NCBI GenBank assembly: GCA_965153455.1
Contig: OZ234493.1
Coordinates: 7,244,213-7,308,212, forward strand
Source: Sphagnum compactum
Taxonomy: Eukaryota
DNA length: 64,000 bases
Direction: 5' to 3'
Shown here: positions 1 through 14,200 of the stretch, one piece after another
Layout of the letters: the number at the start of each line of letters is the position of its first letter
Numbering within the stretch: position 1 is the stretch's first letter
Program-made: the position numbers and the translations under genes
Notes under the pieces: generated by a model
Seen by the model: the letters and a program-made list of their open reading frames with translations, nothing else
Database searches by the model: none
What the model was told of the DNA's origin: nothing

Positions 1-266
1 CAATCCAGAATCACAGAATTTCCTTATCAACAGCCTGCAATCCAACAGGAAGTATATGCTCAAGAGATGAAAGGTGTATGGCTCTTGCAAGATGGCAAAT
101 TGTGATTTGTAACAGAATCACTCTTGTGCACCCTCAAGTCTACGCTTTCAAGTCAGAAATGAAACCAAGCCTGCTTCTGTCTGAATACACAAGGGAAGAT
201 ACACTGAAGTGGTCACCTACTCCATGAAAACCTTCAATAAAGCAATTGGAAGCCTGTTGCCAGACC

Positions 267-2810
267 TCAATGAACTTGAGATTCTAGCAACAAATTTGTT
301 GCAGTTGCCATGTCATTTCTGGCAATTGCTAATGCTTGCAGTGCATCCTCCCGTATGAAACCCATAGCAACAAGTGTTGACACTGATTCTTCAGGAGGTG
401 GCAACAGCGCACTCAGGGGGGGGGCTGTCGCCACAAACCGATTCTGCAAACCATCATAGACATCATCTCACACCACATCTTACAGAAGCAGCTGACAAAG
501 AATAAAGAAGAAACTGATCCCTGTAACAGTGCAGTGAGGGTATTCATTCTGTGGGACAACATTAGAACTCTGCATACCTGAAAAGCCTGACCAGGAGGAG
601 CAGCATTTGTAGCCTCTCTGCTGGCGTTAGCTCTACCATTGGTGGATGGTGAAGATACACCAGACATGAATGGTGAAAATAATTGGGCTGTTGCAGCAGC
701 TAGCCCCTCTGGGAACTGCAAGACCGAAATCACTATCACCATCTACATAATTATATTGTGATGATACACCTCCTAAGATTGACAGCAGAGAGCATGACAA
801 ATGTGGGTCAGACTGTATTGAGTCTTGCATACCTTTGCTCTTCGAATTCGCAGAACATTTGACTTATATATGAACCCTGCTATCATCCCACAAATGCCTG
901 GAACAAGTGATCGCTTCCATGATGACAACAAGAGCTGAAGAAACACCCCACCATTCCCATGGACAAAGAGATAGTAAGGATACTTCAACTGTAATGAAGT
1001 CCAAAAGCCTTGGTAGCCATTGCTTCCCTAAATTATGAGCATAGAAAGGGCTACTAAATCAATCAATATTTTGGAAAGATACTACAAGGATGTGCAGTGT
1101 ACCTGCAAGCCTGCAAGGTAGACAAATGACTTGTCTGAGAAGTGCACACCAAAAACCTTGAACCTAGTGGAGATTGGGATGTCAAAGAAGAAGGGAACAA
1201 AGGATGCAAATATCAAGCCATATGGTCCTGGGGTCAAGGATATGCCTGACAGTAACCTTGTGTCTGCAAGTTTAAAATGCCATTAAACTCTTCAGAATCC
1301 ATCTGCTTCTAACTCAAAGTAGTGCTGGCAATTGAAGCAGAGTGCATGGTGCTTGTGCACAAGTCCATAAAGCTGTAAATTCACCATCATCTGCCAATTG
1401 AAAGCTAGATACTCAAGTGACCATGTGCTTGTGAAAGAACATGGCAATGAAGCCCAAAAAACAGAGCACAGGATAACCAATCCTCCTACAATGTTAAGAC
1501 CGTACAAATAAAATGTTCCACTTTGCAACAGATACATAAAAGTTGACAAAAGTTGAGTATCCGATACCTCTAAATGCAGCCAATGTGACTACCTCCAAAA
1601 TGGTTGTGAAAGCTGTTGAAAACAAGAGAAAGACCTGGCAGGTCCACCTGCCAAAAGTTAATGCCCCACACTACAAGGCAATCTATATTGGAAAACTTAA
1701 CATAGTATCCATTACTAAATTCTGACTACAAAACAAAATTGATATAAGGAGCACATACACAATCTACATGTAGACAAATAGCATCTGTATCTGGATGAAA
1801 CAACATCATTAATACTGAAGAGTGTTGTGCAGTTAAGAGGTGTGCACCAAATATTTGTTTGACCCAATTTGTCGCTCAAAGACTCGGAAAAAGTACGCCA
1901 AGTACAATCCAAACAAGAGCTCTGGTGTCGATGAAAACACACATGGTGATGTGACCAAACGCCACAATTCCAGCTTCTGCACAACTTTCTGTTGCTCCAC
2001 ATAAAAGCTCTATCAGCACACAGCTGTTCAAAGAACCTCAACTTCCATACTGGCCTTTCTCCAAAGAGTAGAAATTTCGATGGCTGTAGAGCATGCTCAT
2101 GAGAACATGTTGTAGTAAAATGACAAGGGGATAACTCCATCCGATGAAGATGTATACAAAGTACCTGATATGAGAGGCTGCAAACCCTAGCACCACCTTG
2201 TGTGCCAACAAGGACAGACACCAAACCACATGTAAGCACTATCCCCTTTGTAACAGGTGCATTATCTGCATTTCACACAACACCATGATAGCTCAATATT
2301 GTGCCATTTCCTGTGAATTATGTGCTCCTATGTTTTTGCTGAGAAGTTGATGCTACACTCATCAATTACTCCATTTTCCTTGGTGCCCCCCAAAGGGAAT
2401 TTCAGGATATTGACTCACTGAAGACAGCCCCCCCAGAAACCGCTTGAAGCTTTTCTTTTCTCAGTGGCATGACCAGTAATATTGCCAACTATCTGAAAGG
2501 AATCATCAGGTCTCAAAGATGCAAAACTGACAACTTCAAAAATATGATTAGGATTTGGAGAACCTCTACAGAAATTAGGGTTTCCTGAAAGCATGAACCG
2601 AGAGATCACTAGCCCTATGAAGAAAATAAAATCCATGTCTTCGCTTGGAGGATGGAAGCCAAGGAATGAGTAAGAACAAGATATGGCTAGCTAGCAATCA
2701 AAAAGTGGCGCTCATTGCTAAATGACATCAAAATGAAAGGGATGAAGAACATAGAAAAGGCAGGTGATCAGAGAAGAGAACTAACAAAAGCCTGCAGGTC
2801 CTGCGTTCAT
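267..2810 (-). CDS. Rhomboid-like pseudoprotease with C-terminal UBA domain (plant RBL20/UBAC2 type), 8 exons, 303 aa
   Basis: Exons 2810-2786, 2265-2165, 1988-1848, 1634-1568, 1263-1103, 934-833, 715-578, 443-267. All introns are GT-AG with consistent phases (912 nt). Translation [16 protein letters not shown]...[19 protein letters not shown]...[18 protein letters not shown]...[23 protein letters not shown]...[41 protein letters not shown] matches the RBL20/UBAC2 family as I recall it; the UBA MGF motif is present. Confidence 0.93.
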
Positions 2811-4251
2811 TTTGTTTTGTTGTATGTTTTCTCTTTCGATCCGAAGCTCCAAGACTCCCCAAAGAAGAAGAAGAGAAGACCTGGTCTATAATTTTGGTCT
2901 ATATTCCCCCGCGTTTTGTTTTGCGATTGCCAAAAAATTCACCGACACCGCCCTCTAGTTTTTACTGCACCGATCAATACCGCAACGTTGCGATCAATAC
3001 ACCTCTAGGTTTTGCACTGCAAAACTGCAAAAAACAGAAGCTCGTCAGACGCTCCTCCTGTCGCATGAGCTACGTTCCTCTCGCAGAAGGAAGACGACGA
3101 CGATCCGTATCTACTGCGTACAAATACTAATACGTACTTCGACGGGGTATGTATTATGTACGGGCTCTTTTATCCTGTGACCGTAAATACTGAGGTTATC
3201 TACATAGTAAAAATCGCACACTAGTAATTGGGGGTAGAAAAAGAAAAGAAAAGAAAAGAAATAGAAAGTGGGAAAATAGTGGGGAAAAAGGCGAGGTAAA
3301 TAAATTATGGCGTTAGATTTTAGATTATGCGAAATTGAAAAATGAAGTGGTTTTATTTTTTGGATTTTTAAAAATGACCCATTGTTAATTATTTTCTTAA
3401 AGGATTTTTATTTTTATTGCAAATTCTTGTCATTTTTTTATGATTTAAAAATTATTAAAATTTTTAATAAAAAAAAAGAACTCCAAATCACAATCTACTC
3501 TGAAATGGATGAACAATTGTTTTTTTTTTTTTTTTCCTTACAATTTTTCTTTCCTCATTTCATCACTCAATATTTATTTATTTATTTATTTTTCCGACCT
3601 CCATTTCCAAATTCTCTCCTATGGAATTGGTGGACAACTTTTTCTCCTTCCAACCAGTGTTTTTTTCTTTTCTTTTTTTTGCTTTCCAATTTTGTGATGT
3701 AGCCAAGGTGGTGATCATACATAACTTATAAGCAAATGTCAAATTTGGCTATTAAAAATATAAATAGAAAAAAATACTAGTAATATCCTTTTCAATTTTT
3801 GGCTACATAGTCGAACCATGTATAGAAATTTGGAGTTTTTTTAATGGTTTTTTCTCAATTGATTTCAATTTTGATTTTGATTTTTTTTTTTAAAATCATT
3901 AGATTTGGGACATCATAACAATGTGAAATTTCGCCCCCAAAAAAAATGCCTCTAATCAACTTGAATCCAAACCAATTTTATTTTTTCCCGGGGGGGGGGG
4001 GAGGCGAACTTTTGCATCATTACAATTTTTCTCAAAGAATGTTGGAAATTCTCTCTATTTAAAAAAAATTCCCCAACTTTTCAAGGAATTTTTTGAAAAG
4101 AAAATTCACCAAACTTTGATTGAATTTGAATTCGCTACTTAATTTTTACTATTTTGTACAATTTTTTAAAAAGAAAAGTTGTTACCAATCAATGTTAAAT
4201 GTTTTTTGGTATAATAGTTTAATGATGATATATACCCAAAAAACCTTTTTT

Positions 4252-4293
4252 AAGGTTTTAGGGTTTTTAGGGTTGAGGGTAAACCCTAAACCC
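4252..4293. repeat. Short degenerate telomere-like repeats, head-to-head
   Basis: ttttagggtttttagggttgagggt is followed directly by aaaccctaaaccc (TTTAGGG-like units on both strands). Confidence 0.45.
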
Positions 4294-5504
4294 AAGGCTT
4301 GTTCAGTGTGGCTTATGCCTTTGAACACACATTGTAATATTTAATGAAAAGTCTAAACCAACACAATTTGCATAATGTAATATGCAAGGTGCCTTAATCA
4401 ACAATTTTTTTCCTCTCAACATGGCAAACAAAATCAACTACCGTCCTGAATAGGGTAACCAAGCTAGTCATGGTACATTTAATCATGTAGTGTGTAACAA
4501 CTTTTTCACACACATCCATTGTAGATGGACTACAAGACAAATTGTAGCTTAGCTCTTGGTGCACCTAGAACTTTTTGGATTATTCAAAACGTGGTTGCTT
4601 TGAATGAGGCATGGCCAACAAAAGGGAGGGAGGTCAAAAGTTCTAAAAAAATTCATTTGGATAAAAAAATTTACTATGAACATGTGTTGTCAAGCCTACA
4701 ACCTAACAACAAAAGCTTGAATGGTAATCATTGGGACCTTCATCACCAAACTGGATGGATGTAGAAAACAAACATAACTTTGCTTTAAAATATTTACTTT
4801 CCTATATATGGCTAAGGTTTTGATTAGAAATAAGGTTTATGAATCAAAAGTGATGGGATTTTGTTGTTCCAAGAATTGTAAGTTTGAAAACAATAAAAGG
4901 CATCATCGTGTCTCTGTGGGTGTGGATGTTTCGTGCTCACAAAAGGTTGACCCATTTCACCCCATGATGCCCATCAAAAGTTCCAATGGTTGACCTTGTT
5001 AAAGAGTTCCAATATTTTCGTTGACTCTCTATGGTGTAATGTTCCTTGTGATCTTCTGATATGTTGTTGTTGAATGAATCCAAATGTTGTTGAAATGTTC
5101 ATTGCGTTTGTGTTCATTGTGGTCTTTTGCTGGTGTTCATCACCTTGATGTTTATTGTGGTCCTTTGTTTTGCTCATCATCTTAATGTTTGTGTTCTATC
5201 CTTTGCAAGTGTTCATAATGGTCTTTTGTTGGTCATCATCTTAATGTTGGTGTTCTATCCTTTGCAAGTGTTCATAGCGGTCCTTTGTTGGTGTTCATTG
5301 TTTTGATGTATGTTACAATCTTTTGCTAGTGGTCATCACCTTTATGTTCATCATGTTATTCTATTGTGTTCATCACCTTGATGTTCATTGCCCTAATGTT
5401 CAACACAGTCCTTTGCTGGTGCTCATTTCCCTAATTTCATCGTGGTATTTTGCTAGTATTCATTGCCCTAATGTTGTCATGTTCTTATTTTTTACAAGTG
5501 TTCA

Positions 5505-6105
5505 TCAACATCATGTTTGTCATGTTTTGTCCTTTATTATAAGTTGAGCTCATCCTCCCCCCCCCCCCCCCCCCCCTTGCCCACCCCCTCAAATATTTTC
5601 AATTAATTCTCCAAATGTTATAGTTTTGCTACAATGTGACCTTTTGTTGTCATCCTTATTCATTAACATCATTTTTTCATGTTTTTGCTTCTATTGTAGG
5701 TCGAGTTCATCCTCCCCCCCTTTGCCCCCCCAAAATCTTCCTAATTAGTCTTCTAAACGTTACAGAACATTGCAACCTTGCTATAGTGTGACCTTTTGTT
5801 ACCATCCTTGTTCATTGACATCATGTTTGCCATGTTTTGTCTTCTATTACAAGTCAAGCTCATCCCCCCCCCCTTTCACCCCCCCAAATCTTCCTAATTA
5901 AAATCTTCCAAATGTTGTTAAATGTTACATCCTTGCTATAACGTGATCCTTTGCTACCATCCTTGTTCATCAACATCATGTTTGCCATGTTTTGTCCTCT
6001 ATTGTAGGTCATTTTCATCCCCCCTTCGCCCCCCAAATCTTCATAGTTAGTCCTCCAAATGTTGCAACCTTGCTATAGTGCAACCCTTTGCTACCATCCT
6101 TTCCT
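5505..6105. repeat. Tandem repeat, about 155-bp unit x4, with poly-C tracts
   Basis: catgttttgtc..tatt..agg/agt..catcctccccc..ccccaaatcttc..aattag..ccaaatgtt..ccttgctatagtgtgacctttt..ccatccttgttcat recurs near 5510, 5665, 5820 and 5975. Confidence 0.8.
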
Positions 6106-6163
6106 TTGCCCAACGCCTTGTTGCTATTTGAATTGTTGTTGTATAGTTCGGGTTCACACCTCT

Positions 6164-8250
6164 TTACTTTAATGGATATGCCTTAAAACCTAATTGATAA
6201 TATTGGTGAAAATGATCTCCAACTTCCCTTATTGTTGGCGTAGACCATGATGCCAAAAATCGTGCCCTTGCCCATTTGTTCACTACCTTGCACTTTGCTT
6301 GTTCAATGGCTATCAACAAATTTGTTACTTTTCTAGCTCGCTTTTCCTCCCTTTCCTTTTCCCTTTTTTTCTTGGCTTTTCTCGTCTTTGCCTTGTCCAA
6401 TGTTTTCTTCCTTAGGATTACTAAATATTCATTAAAGGTCACAACATTAGGGTAGGAATAATTCACTAATGACTCATTGTCCCTAGTATGTCTTGCATGT
6501 AGTTGAAGCAAGGTTAGTAGACTCTGCATGCTTAAAGCATTTTGGGTCAAGCTTAGGTAGGTTTGGTTTCCTTTTGTTGTTCATTAGAGTTAGCTAGATT
6601 GACTACAAATTCATCTAATACCATTATTCCATCTACCATAACCCTAATAGGGCTTTAAGGAATTTTCACAAAATAATGAGGTTCTATAAGGTTACCTATG
6701 GTGGATGTGTCATGGATGGTTTTAGACCTATTTAACAAATCAATACCAACAAACTACTCCTCCCTTTCTTACCTATATTCAACATCTGGTTTTGATTGAT
6801 AATGTTCTTCACCTTCCTCTCTTTCATTTTCCTCCTTTTCATGGTTGTGATGATATGATGGTCCTGTGTAGATGGTATTGGGTGCAACCTTGTCCCCCAT
6901 TGCTTTAAGGTTAAACAACAAGATCCCGCAAACCTTAAAACCTAATTTGATGTTTTGTGATGTGAAAGTTTTGTTCAATGTTTTATTGACCCATCTAGCA
7001 AGGGTCTTGTTGTCTAGCTTTCAGTAATCCCTTTAGCCATCTAGCCTCATTTCACTCCTTCTTGAATTTTGTTTTGAATGGTTTGAAACAAAACACGTCC
7101 AAAGGTTGGAGTGCATGTGAAGTGTGAGATGGTAAGGTGACCATGTCTAATTCGAATGCTTGAACTTGCCCTATTGATTCCAACATGACATGAAAATCGT
7201 GTCCATCCAAATTCAATACTATATGGTGATTGGTGCTAAAAATTTTGCTCGAAATTGATTATTTGAAAAAGGCTAAATTTTTTTTGAATAATAAACAAAT
7301 CATCTAAATTATTTTTTGTGATGCCATACATGTCTCTAGTTTATAATTTTCAATGTAATTGCCCCATAATTGTTCTCCTCTAAAAATGTAAAATCCTAGT
7401 AATGTTGCCCTTGCTGTATTCATTGCACAATTGACAATTAACCATTCCCAAGATTTGGGAATGGTGTTATACATTACAGTAGACCCCTCTTAGCCAAAAC
7501 TTGCACACCTAATTGTCGTCCTATTCGAATCCTAGTTTGATCCAAGTTCCATATGTGGCTTGCGCTATAATTATTGTGTATATAATGTTTGCAAGTTGTA
7601 GAAATACCTACAGAATTCAATAGTCAACCCCATTGCTCTACAAACTTCTAAACCTCCTACTTGTTGAATGCTTAGTTTCGGGTTCCTATCCTTGAACTAG
7701 TACCACCAAGAGTCCCTTAGGATGCCATGCCAAAATGGTGTGGACCTTGTTTATGTTAATTCAATAACTTTCATTTTCAATTGTTACACAGTAATTGATT
7801 AACCACATGTTTGCATTGTTAATGTCCAAGCAACAACTGTTGCATTTTCATCCTCCGTCAACACGCCCTATGGTCCAACTTTCCTTGACCTTGTTTTCTT
7901 GTACAAGTGGTTTGAAAGGTTGGTAAGCGATATATACCATGGTCTTGTTGCCCCTTTTAATGAACTTGTTCTATTCTCTACAACCTCCATGGCATCCTCC
8001 AAGGCTTGATTGGTCCACTTTCGCCTTTTACTTGTGGTAGGGGGCTTGTTGCTAGTGCAAGTTGAGGAGGCACATTTTCTTTGTCCAATGTTGGCTGATC
8101 TAAGAAGCATGACAGCTGCCTTCGAGGGACATTGGTGTTCATTGTCACTTGTTGCTCCCTCCCAAACACACAGGCGGGGTGCATTCTTTCCCCACCAAAA
8201 GTATGTTGTTGTTTTTCCTATGCTCCCACCAAGAATACAAGAAATCACCT
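6164..8250 (-). mobile_element. Decayed pogo/Tc1-mariner (HTH_psq/CENP-B + DDE_1) transposase
   Basis: HTH_psq-like KWTNQALEDAMEVVENRTSSLKGATRPWYISLTNLSNHL at about 7900-8020. DDE_1 core LDGHDFHVMLESIGQVQAFELDMVTLPSHTSHALQPLDVFCFKPFK at about 7075-7210. C-terminal TSQNIKLGFKVCGILLFN. Multiple stops and frameshifts; element ends not resolved. Confidence 0.85.
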
Positions 8251-11244
8251 AGGTCCAAATAATGATCATATACATATTCTTCTAGCTTCCTATCATTTCA
8301 CATCAAGTCCCAAAAACTAGAAAAGTCTTCCCATTCTAGATCCACATATGATAACTTTGTGCAAGCTATTGGGGTAAATAGCCATTTGTGATGTGCTTGA
8401 GCCAAGATGTGCCCTTCTTTGGTGCTTGCTAGCTTGGAATGGACTTCATATGCCATCAGTAATACAAGTATTGCTTGAACCTCTCGACTTCGTATGCCAT
8501 TAGTATTACAAGTACTGCTTGAACCTCTCATTGTAAAACCTCTCTATAATTTCAGTCACTATTTCCTTTGCTGGTTGTGACCCTTGTAGATTTGACTCAA
8601 GATTTGATTAATGCACTTAGATCTAATGGTTGTGCTTCCATATGTTCTATTACATCAACATCTAGTCTTTTTAGCTTCACATGCTTGAATTTCAGATCTG
8701 CATTTTGTTGCTTGTGCTTTAACTTTGCATGTTTATTAGATCTAGATTTTGTTGATGGTGCTCTACTTCGAATCCCTTTGTTGTAGCTTCACTTGCTTCA
8801 AATTGAGATTTGCATTTTGTTGTTCTAGCTCTCTTTTTTCAAATCCCCTTGATTTTGTCTCACATCCTTCAACCTTAGATTCAATGTTTCTTGATGCAAG
8901 TCCTCATTTACAATTTGTGTTAAATCTATACATTCTACTTGCTCTCCTTGCAAATTTGGTTATTGGTCTGCTAAAAGACAGTTGAATTAGGAACTCTAAA
9001 AACCTTTGCAGCTCTTGATTTACATTAATGCTCATAGCTAAAAGAGGATGGAAAGGAGTCATGAGACATGCTTTTTGTTTAAACGGATTTTCCTTTGATT
9101 AAGTAACTTGTGCACAAAGATAATATTTGAAGGGAAATCCAAACCACTCTTGTAGATTTAGGCAAATCCTTGAATCATGCTCCCATGCTTTGATAGGAGT
9201 TGATGTTTTTACAAGACATTAGAAGCGCTCTGCGTGATGCTCATTTGGATGCCCTAAACTATGCCAGCCCACTCACTTAGACCAAACATGCCCAATTTTT
9301 TTGGGTGCCCCAGCTTTTCCCATATGGGGTGTATTTTCACCCCTTTCCACACACTTCTCCCCAAACTTAAGTACACAGATTTTCCTATTTAGCAAACACA
9401 TTCAATTTGGTGCTACATCTTGCCCATGACCAAAGGCTGAAAAAAAAGTCCTCATATTTGCCTCCAAGTACGATCAATAAGAGGAGGCCCAATACTATCC
9501 AACATCACACACACGACCAAACACAACCCCATTTTTTTATGTACAAAAACCATCCTAATTGTGCATGACAAACATGCCCATTATGGTACACAAATATTTT
9601 GAAGACGGGACCAAAAAAAATTTAAAGATGGGGACAACATGTCAATAACCCCTAACACAAAAGTTTGTGATGGTGCAATTGGCAAGAAATGGTTTTGCAT
9701 CCAATCAACAGGGATTGACTGAACTTTGGTAGGCTAGGTGCTGAATACAAAGGGCCTGCCATTGTAGGCCTGTGTACCATGATGGACCTGGTTACCCTAA
9801 ATAGATTTGGGAGCAAAGGGAAAAGCAGAATCGTTCTTGGAGAACCGACTTGGGGTCACATGGTGGGAACATGAACTTCAGCTGCCATCATCTGAAACAT
9901 TTGAAATGTCCAACCCCCAAACCCAACCCCTGGATAAAACTAAATAAACAACCAAACTTGCAAAGAGAACCAACACTTTGACTGACATCAGAAACAGGAG
10001 ATAAAATTAGCAAATTGGTGACCGTAATCCTTTGTTTTGACTGCATCTAATTTGAATACTTAGTATCACAACCGGCAGATATAAGAAAACACAAGAAAAC
10101 AGCACTGCCTGGAACACAATGCCCTTGCAAGGAAGAGTCGGGTACAGTTTGACATTGAGCTCAGGAAAACGTAGCTTGCACAACAAGGGAGAATGGGGTT
10201 CACCATTACAGTTTCTCAAAACACAAACTGTCGGTATGGTCCTCAATACACAAATAGATAGCCTCTCTTGCTGGTCTTGGCTTGGTTATACGACACCAAA
10301 GTGGAGGAACATTCAACTCTAATGGAAAAACACAGCACTTGCCACCCCACCCTACGAGGACATCTACTTGTAATTTTTCTATTTGAAAAGAAATGCTCAT
10401 CACACATGAAGGCAAAAGAGACACAAATTACAAACACACAACAGCAATACAACAGGCAAACAATCTCCACCCAGAAAAGAAACATCACTCAGTAAACACT
10501 AGAAGGATGATTCTACTACTTGTGTACCTATCTTAGACCTATTTGTAATGGAAGGGTTTGTGCAGATGCAGGTACAAAAGTATGTGCTGCTCCAGTTTTG
10601 CAACAGCTTGAACCAAGCAATCCTCCTCCATGCAAAGGTCCATGCAAAGGGTATAATTTACTTGCCATGGGATGAACCAGCAAACCTCCATCTCACCAAT
10701 CTCGCTCTGTTACTGTACAAACCATAAATATCCAGGATTAGGGTATAAAAACCAGACTGAAGGTGAGACAGCTCAAATGCAACACTTTTGAAACCACACA
10801 TACAGTGATCTAATATTCCCACTTTCAAAACAAATAGTGAATACATGTGACTGTAGTTGTGCAGGTTTGTGTAATCTGCTACTAGCATAGAATGGAGCTG
10901 AATCAGGAGCAAGTGATTTTCATAGTTGCTTGCCAGGCCTAGAATGTGCTAATAGTTTTAAAGTTCAGGGAAAATATAGGAATGGGATACTAAAGTAGCA
11001 CAACTGGACAGATCCATATCTACAGTATCAGATCTTGAGTCTCATGGCAGACCCAACAATCAAAAGGACCAAATAATCATCACCCCATCACACACTTCCT
11101 TGGCACCAAATGCCAGATTCACTCATGACAATATAAAGTATAGGCGCATATCTACGAAATTGCAGAAAAATCTCCACAACAACAATCTGAAGGCAACATG
11201 ACAAAGAGGGCAGTCATAACCTTATGAGGGTCAGACACAATGTG

Positions 11245-14200
11245 TCAGACCATCATGAATGGTAGCAATGAGCCTTCATCACTACCCACTGAACTTTGAG
11301 TGAACCTGCCTCTAGATATGAAGGCTGTTTCTCAAGATGAAAACAGTGCAATGCATAGGAATACATATCCATAAAAATTCATTACAACAAAGAGTGAGGT
11401 AGGCAAGAAATTACACAATGGATGGTTACTCACCATTCTGGCAGTAAGCCTGACTCGCAAGGCTCAGGCTCACATTCACTCCTTCACCATGCTGACTATG
11501 CAATTCGACCGCTCCTTGGAGATTATGATCCTTTCTCTGTAGCTCAAAATCCTGTTGAGGTCATGACAGTTATGCTGGTGAGCTGAGGCCAAACTTCCCT
11601 CACCTCTTGGCCTACCAGTGCAAAGAGAGAAAACACATGCATTCTTCAACATCTGATCCAGATGGATGATAATCTGAAAGTAAATTGACAGTAATCCAAG
11701 TTCTTCAGTTCAGAGATCATCTGGCAGATAAAGTGAAAAAAATCTACACAGAAGTCATTGATGTTCCACAACTCAGCCAACACTGCTCCCAGATCAGGAG
11801 CTGGGAATTGCTTTCTACCTCATCAACAGGACTTCTTGAGGATTTCGCAATGTCAGCTTCAATGCGATGACTGGGTTTCATACCCAAAGGAACAAAAAAC
11901 TCCTCCCGTGCTTCAATTTTATCAGACTTATCGGTTGCACCAGCAAGGCTGAGGTGAACACTTGGTCTAGGCCCAGAAGGCCAATCCTCCTCCTCCATTT
12001 CACAACTCCTAAATCCATTTTCATGAGCACCAGAGTGATTCGAGACCCTTTGAACCAAATGCATTGAAGCCGGAGAGACCAATTTAGGGTCACTGTGAGC
12101 AGTTTCATCTCCATGAGTATCACTGTAACCCTCACTTTCTCTCGAAGTTCCTGCAACTCTTGAGGGAACTGCATCAACAGAATAAAACCTCTGCAAATCT
12201 TAGAAAAGAGGAGAAAGAATTTTCATGGCCAAAGAGCCAACAGAAACGAAGCAAAAAGCCATTATAACTACAACTTGCTACAAATGCAAATAAGGTTGTT
12301 AAAAACTGCATTGCTCAGTGGATAGTCAGTCACAAAATATATGAAAATGCAGAGACATACTTAGTCAAAAGATAACCAAAATACCTGTTGTGTTGATACA
12401 GATCCTTAAACTAAACATAAGAAGACAGAACAAAGCCCTAAGCCTGTGACCCTCTCTTACAAAGTATCACACCTTCATCTTCATCTTGTCCAGCAGGACC
12501 AACCTGCCTTCAGTCACTCCCAAAGTCACTTCATTGGTTTGTGCCCGTGATTTTCACACTGCAGGTTTCCTGACAGGAACTTTGCAGACTACAAGAAAGA
12601 CTTGGCTACAAATCCACAAAGACTTCAGAGCTCTCTCAAAACACAACAGGTTTCAATGAACAAATTACCAATTCTTGTAGGGACAGGCCCCTTGTCATGG
12701 CCTTCATCATGAACCACAGCAGCTGGCAGAGGCATATGATCAGTCACCACCAGACATTCCTGGCCTGTTGTAGGATTTTCTGGCTCGGCACCAGTGCAGG
12801 AAGGCTGCTGAAGATCACCTTCGCTCAAGCCATCAGAATCCTTAACTTGAATATCCAGTTCCTCACCCCCCTCAATTGCCAGCTCCTGAACCAGCCGTTG
12901 CAACTTTGACTGTGTCCTGCTACCAACAGTGTTTATTCAAGGACTCTGGAAATAATAATGCCTTTGAACATTGCATCAAACAGAAACTCTGAACACAAGT
13001 GCTGGATCAAGCACTAAATCAAGTTCTGTACCACGATCACAAAACTTCATTCTGACATGACACAGATACTCATTAGTTCTTACTCCAACATTTGCAATGC
13101 AGTTTGTTAATCAGATCAAAGTAGAAGTTAGGTTTGTGCACAGAATAGAAAGCAGTTTCTTACTTTTGTACAACATCTTGAGCACGAACATAACGTGCAT
13201 AGATCTTCACAAACAATTTAAATTTTGAACCCAACCTGCCAAAAAGTCAAACAAATCATGCATGTGGTTTGAATTAGACAGAGAAAAAGGTATTAGAAAA
13301 TAATACATCAAAACAACCCCTGCAATATGTAGAACAGATGTAGAAAAGAGAAACAAGAATTACAGGAAACATTGATAGCAGGGAGGTCAGAAAGAACATG
13401 GCGGAAATGTCAGCCAAATTCCTCAGGTAAACAACTTACAACCCTGCAAATCCTTTCTCAAAGCTGAAGTTAAGAGGACAGACCAAGAAAGAGCTCAAGG
13501 ACAAGGGTTAAACTTCACAAGTAAGCTCAACAAGCTTGTGAGTCCAGACAAAAGCTTTAAAATGTTCTTCATACAGAAACAAGACATCGTTAGAAGGAAG
13601 TCCAGACAGACATAACTCAAGCGTTAACCCAAGAAATGGAAACAACCTCCAAACAAAACATCAATAAAAGTGCATTTCCAGGATAAGGGATATACATGAC
13701 ATTTCTATAGGAGCGTGGCACCTCAAGAGGTGCCAGGGGGGAATGGTGTACCTTCTGTAGTCCTCATCTGCCCCAGCTAATCTGGATTCAAGCTTCTGGT
13801 TTTGAGTTAACAAATCCGATGTCTCACGTATTTTCTTGTCAAGTGAAAGCTGCACAAAACAGATGTTAGAAAGCAACATTAGTCAAATATGCACATTATC
13901 ATCTTCCAAAAATCAATGTACAGTCTCCCAGGTATCATTAGAACCTGGTCTGGTGAGATGACAACAGTTAAATATGCCCTTACAATGTCCTAGAAAATCA
14001 CTGTTAAGAGTCTCTTAGTTGCACATGGAATGAGACCTTTGTGTAAAAGAGGCCTCAAACCCACATCAACAGCACATTAGGAAACTAGACTGCAGCACAA
14101 AAATGCTTGAATTTTCTCTATGGATTTTCAAATACCTCAAGCTTAGACTTTTGGTCTACCAATTCATTGTTGTGTGCTTGAACCTGTTGCAGCTGCACAA

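Noticed and set aside
1715-2239. 174-aa ORF from the track as an independent gene
   Set aside because: It is exon 2 of the rhomboid-like gene read through an intron; the real exon 3 is in another frame.
3690-3950. gccaaatttggcta-type dispersed repeats (also near 23370-23630 and 46180-46740) and the family at 19490-19660/45830-46030
   Set aside because: They are evidently short interspersed repeats, but their ends and class could not be defined well enough to call.
12554-12556. Selenocysteine recoding of the in-frame TGA
   Set aside because: Land plants are not known to retain the Sec machinery, the context is not a redox motif, and I identified no SECIS.
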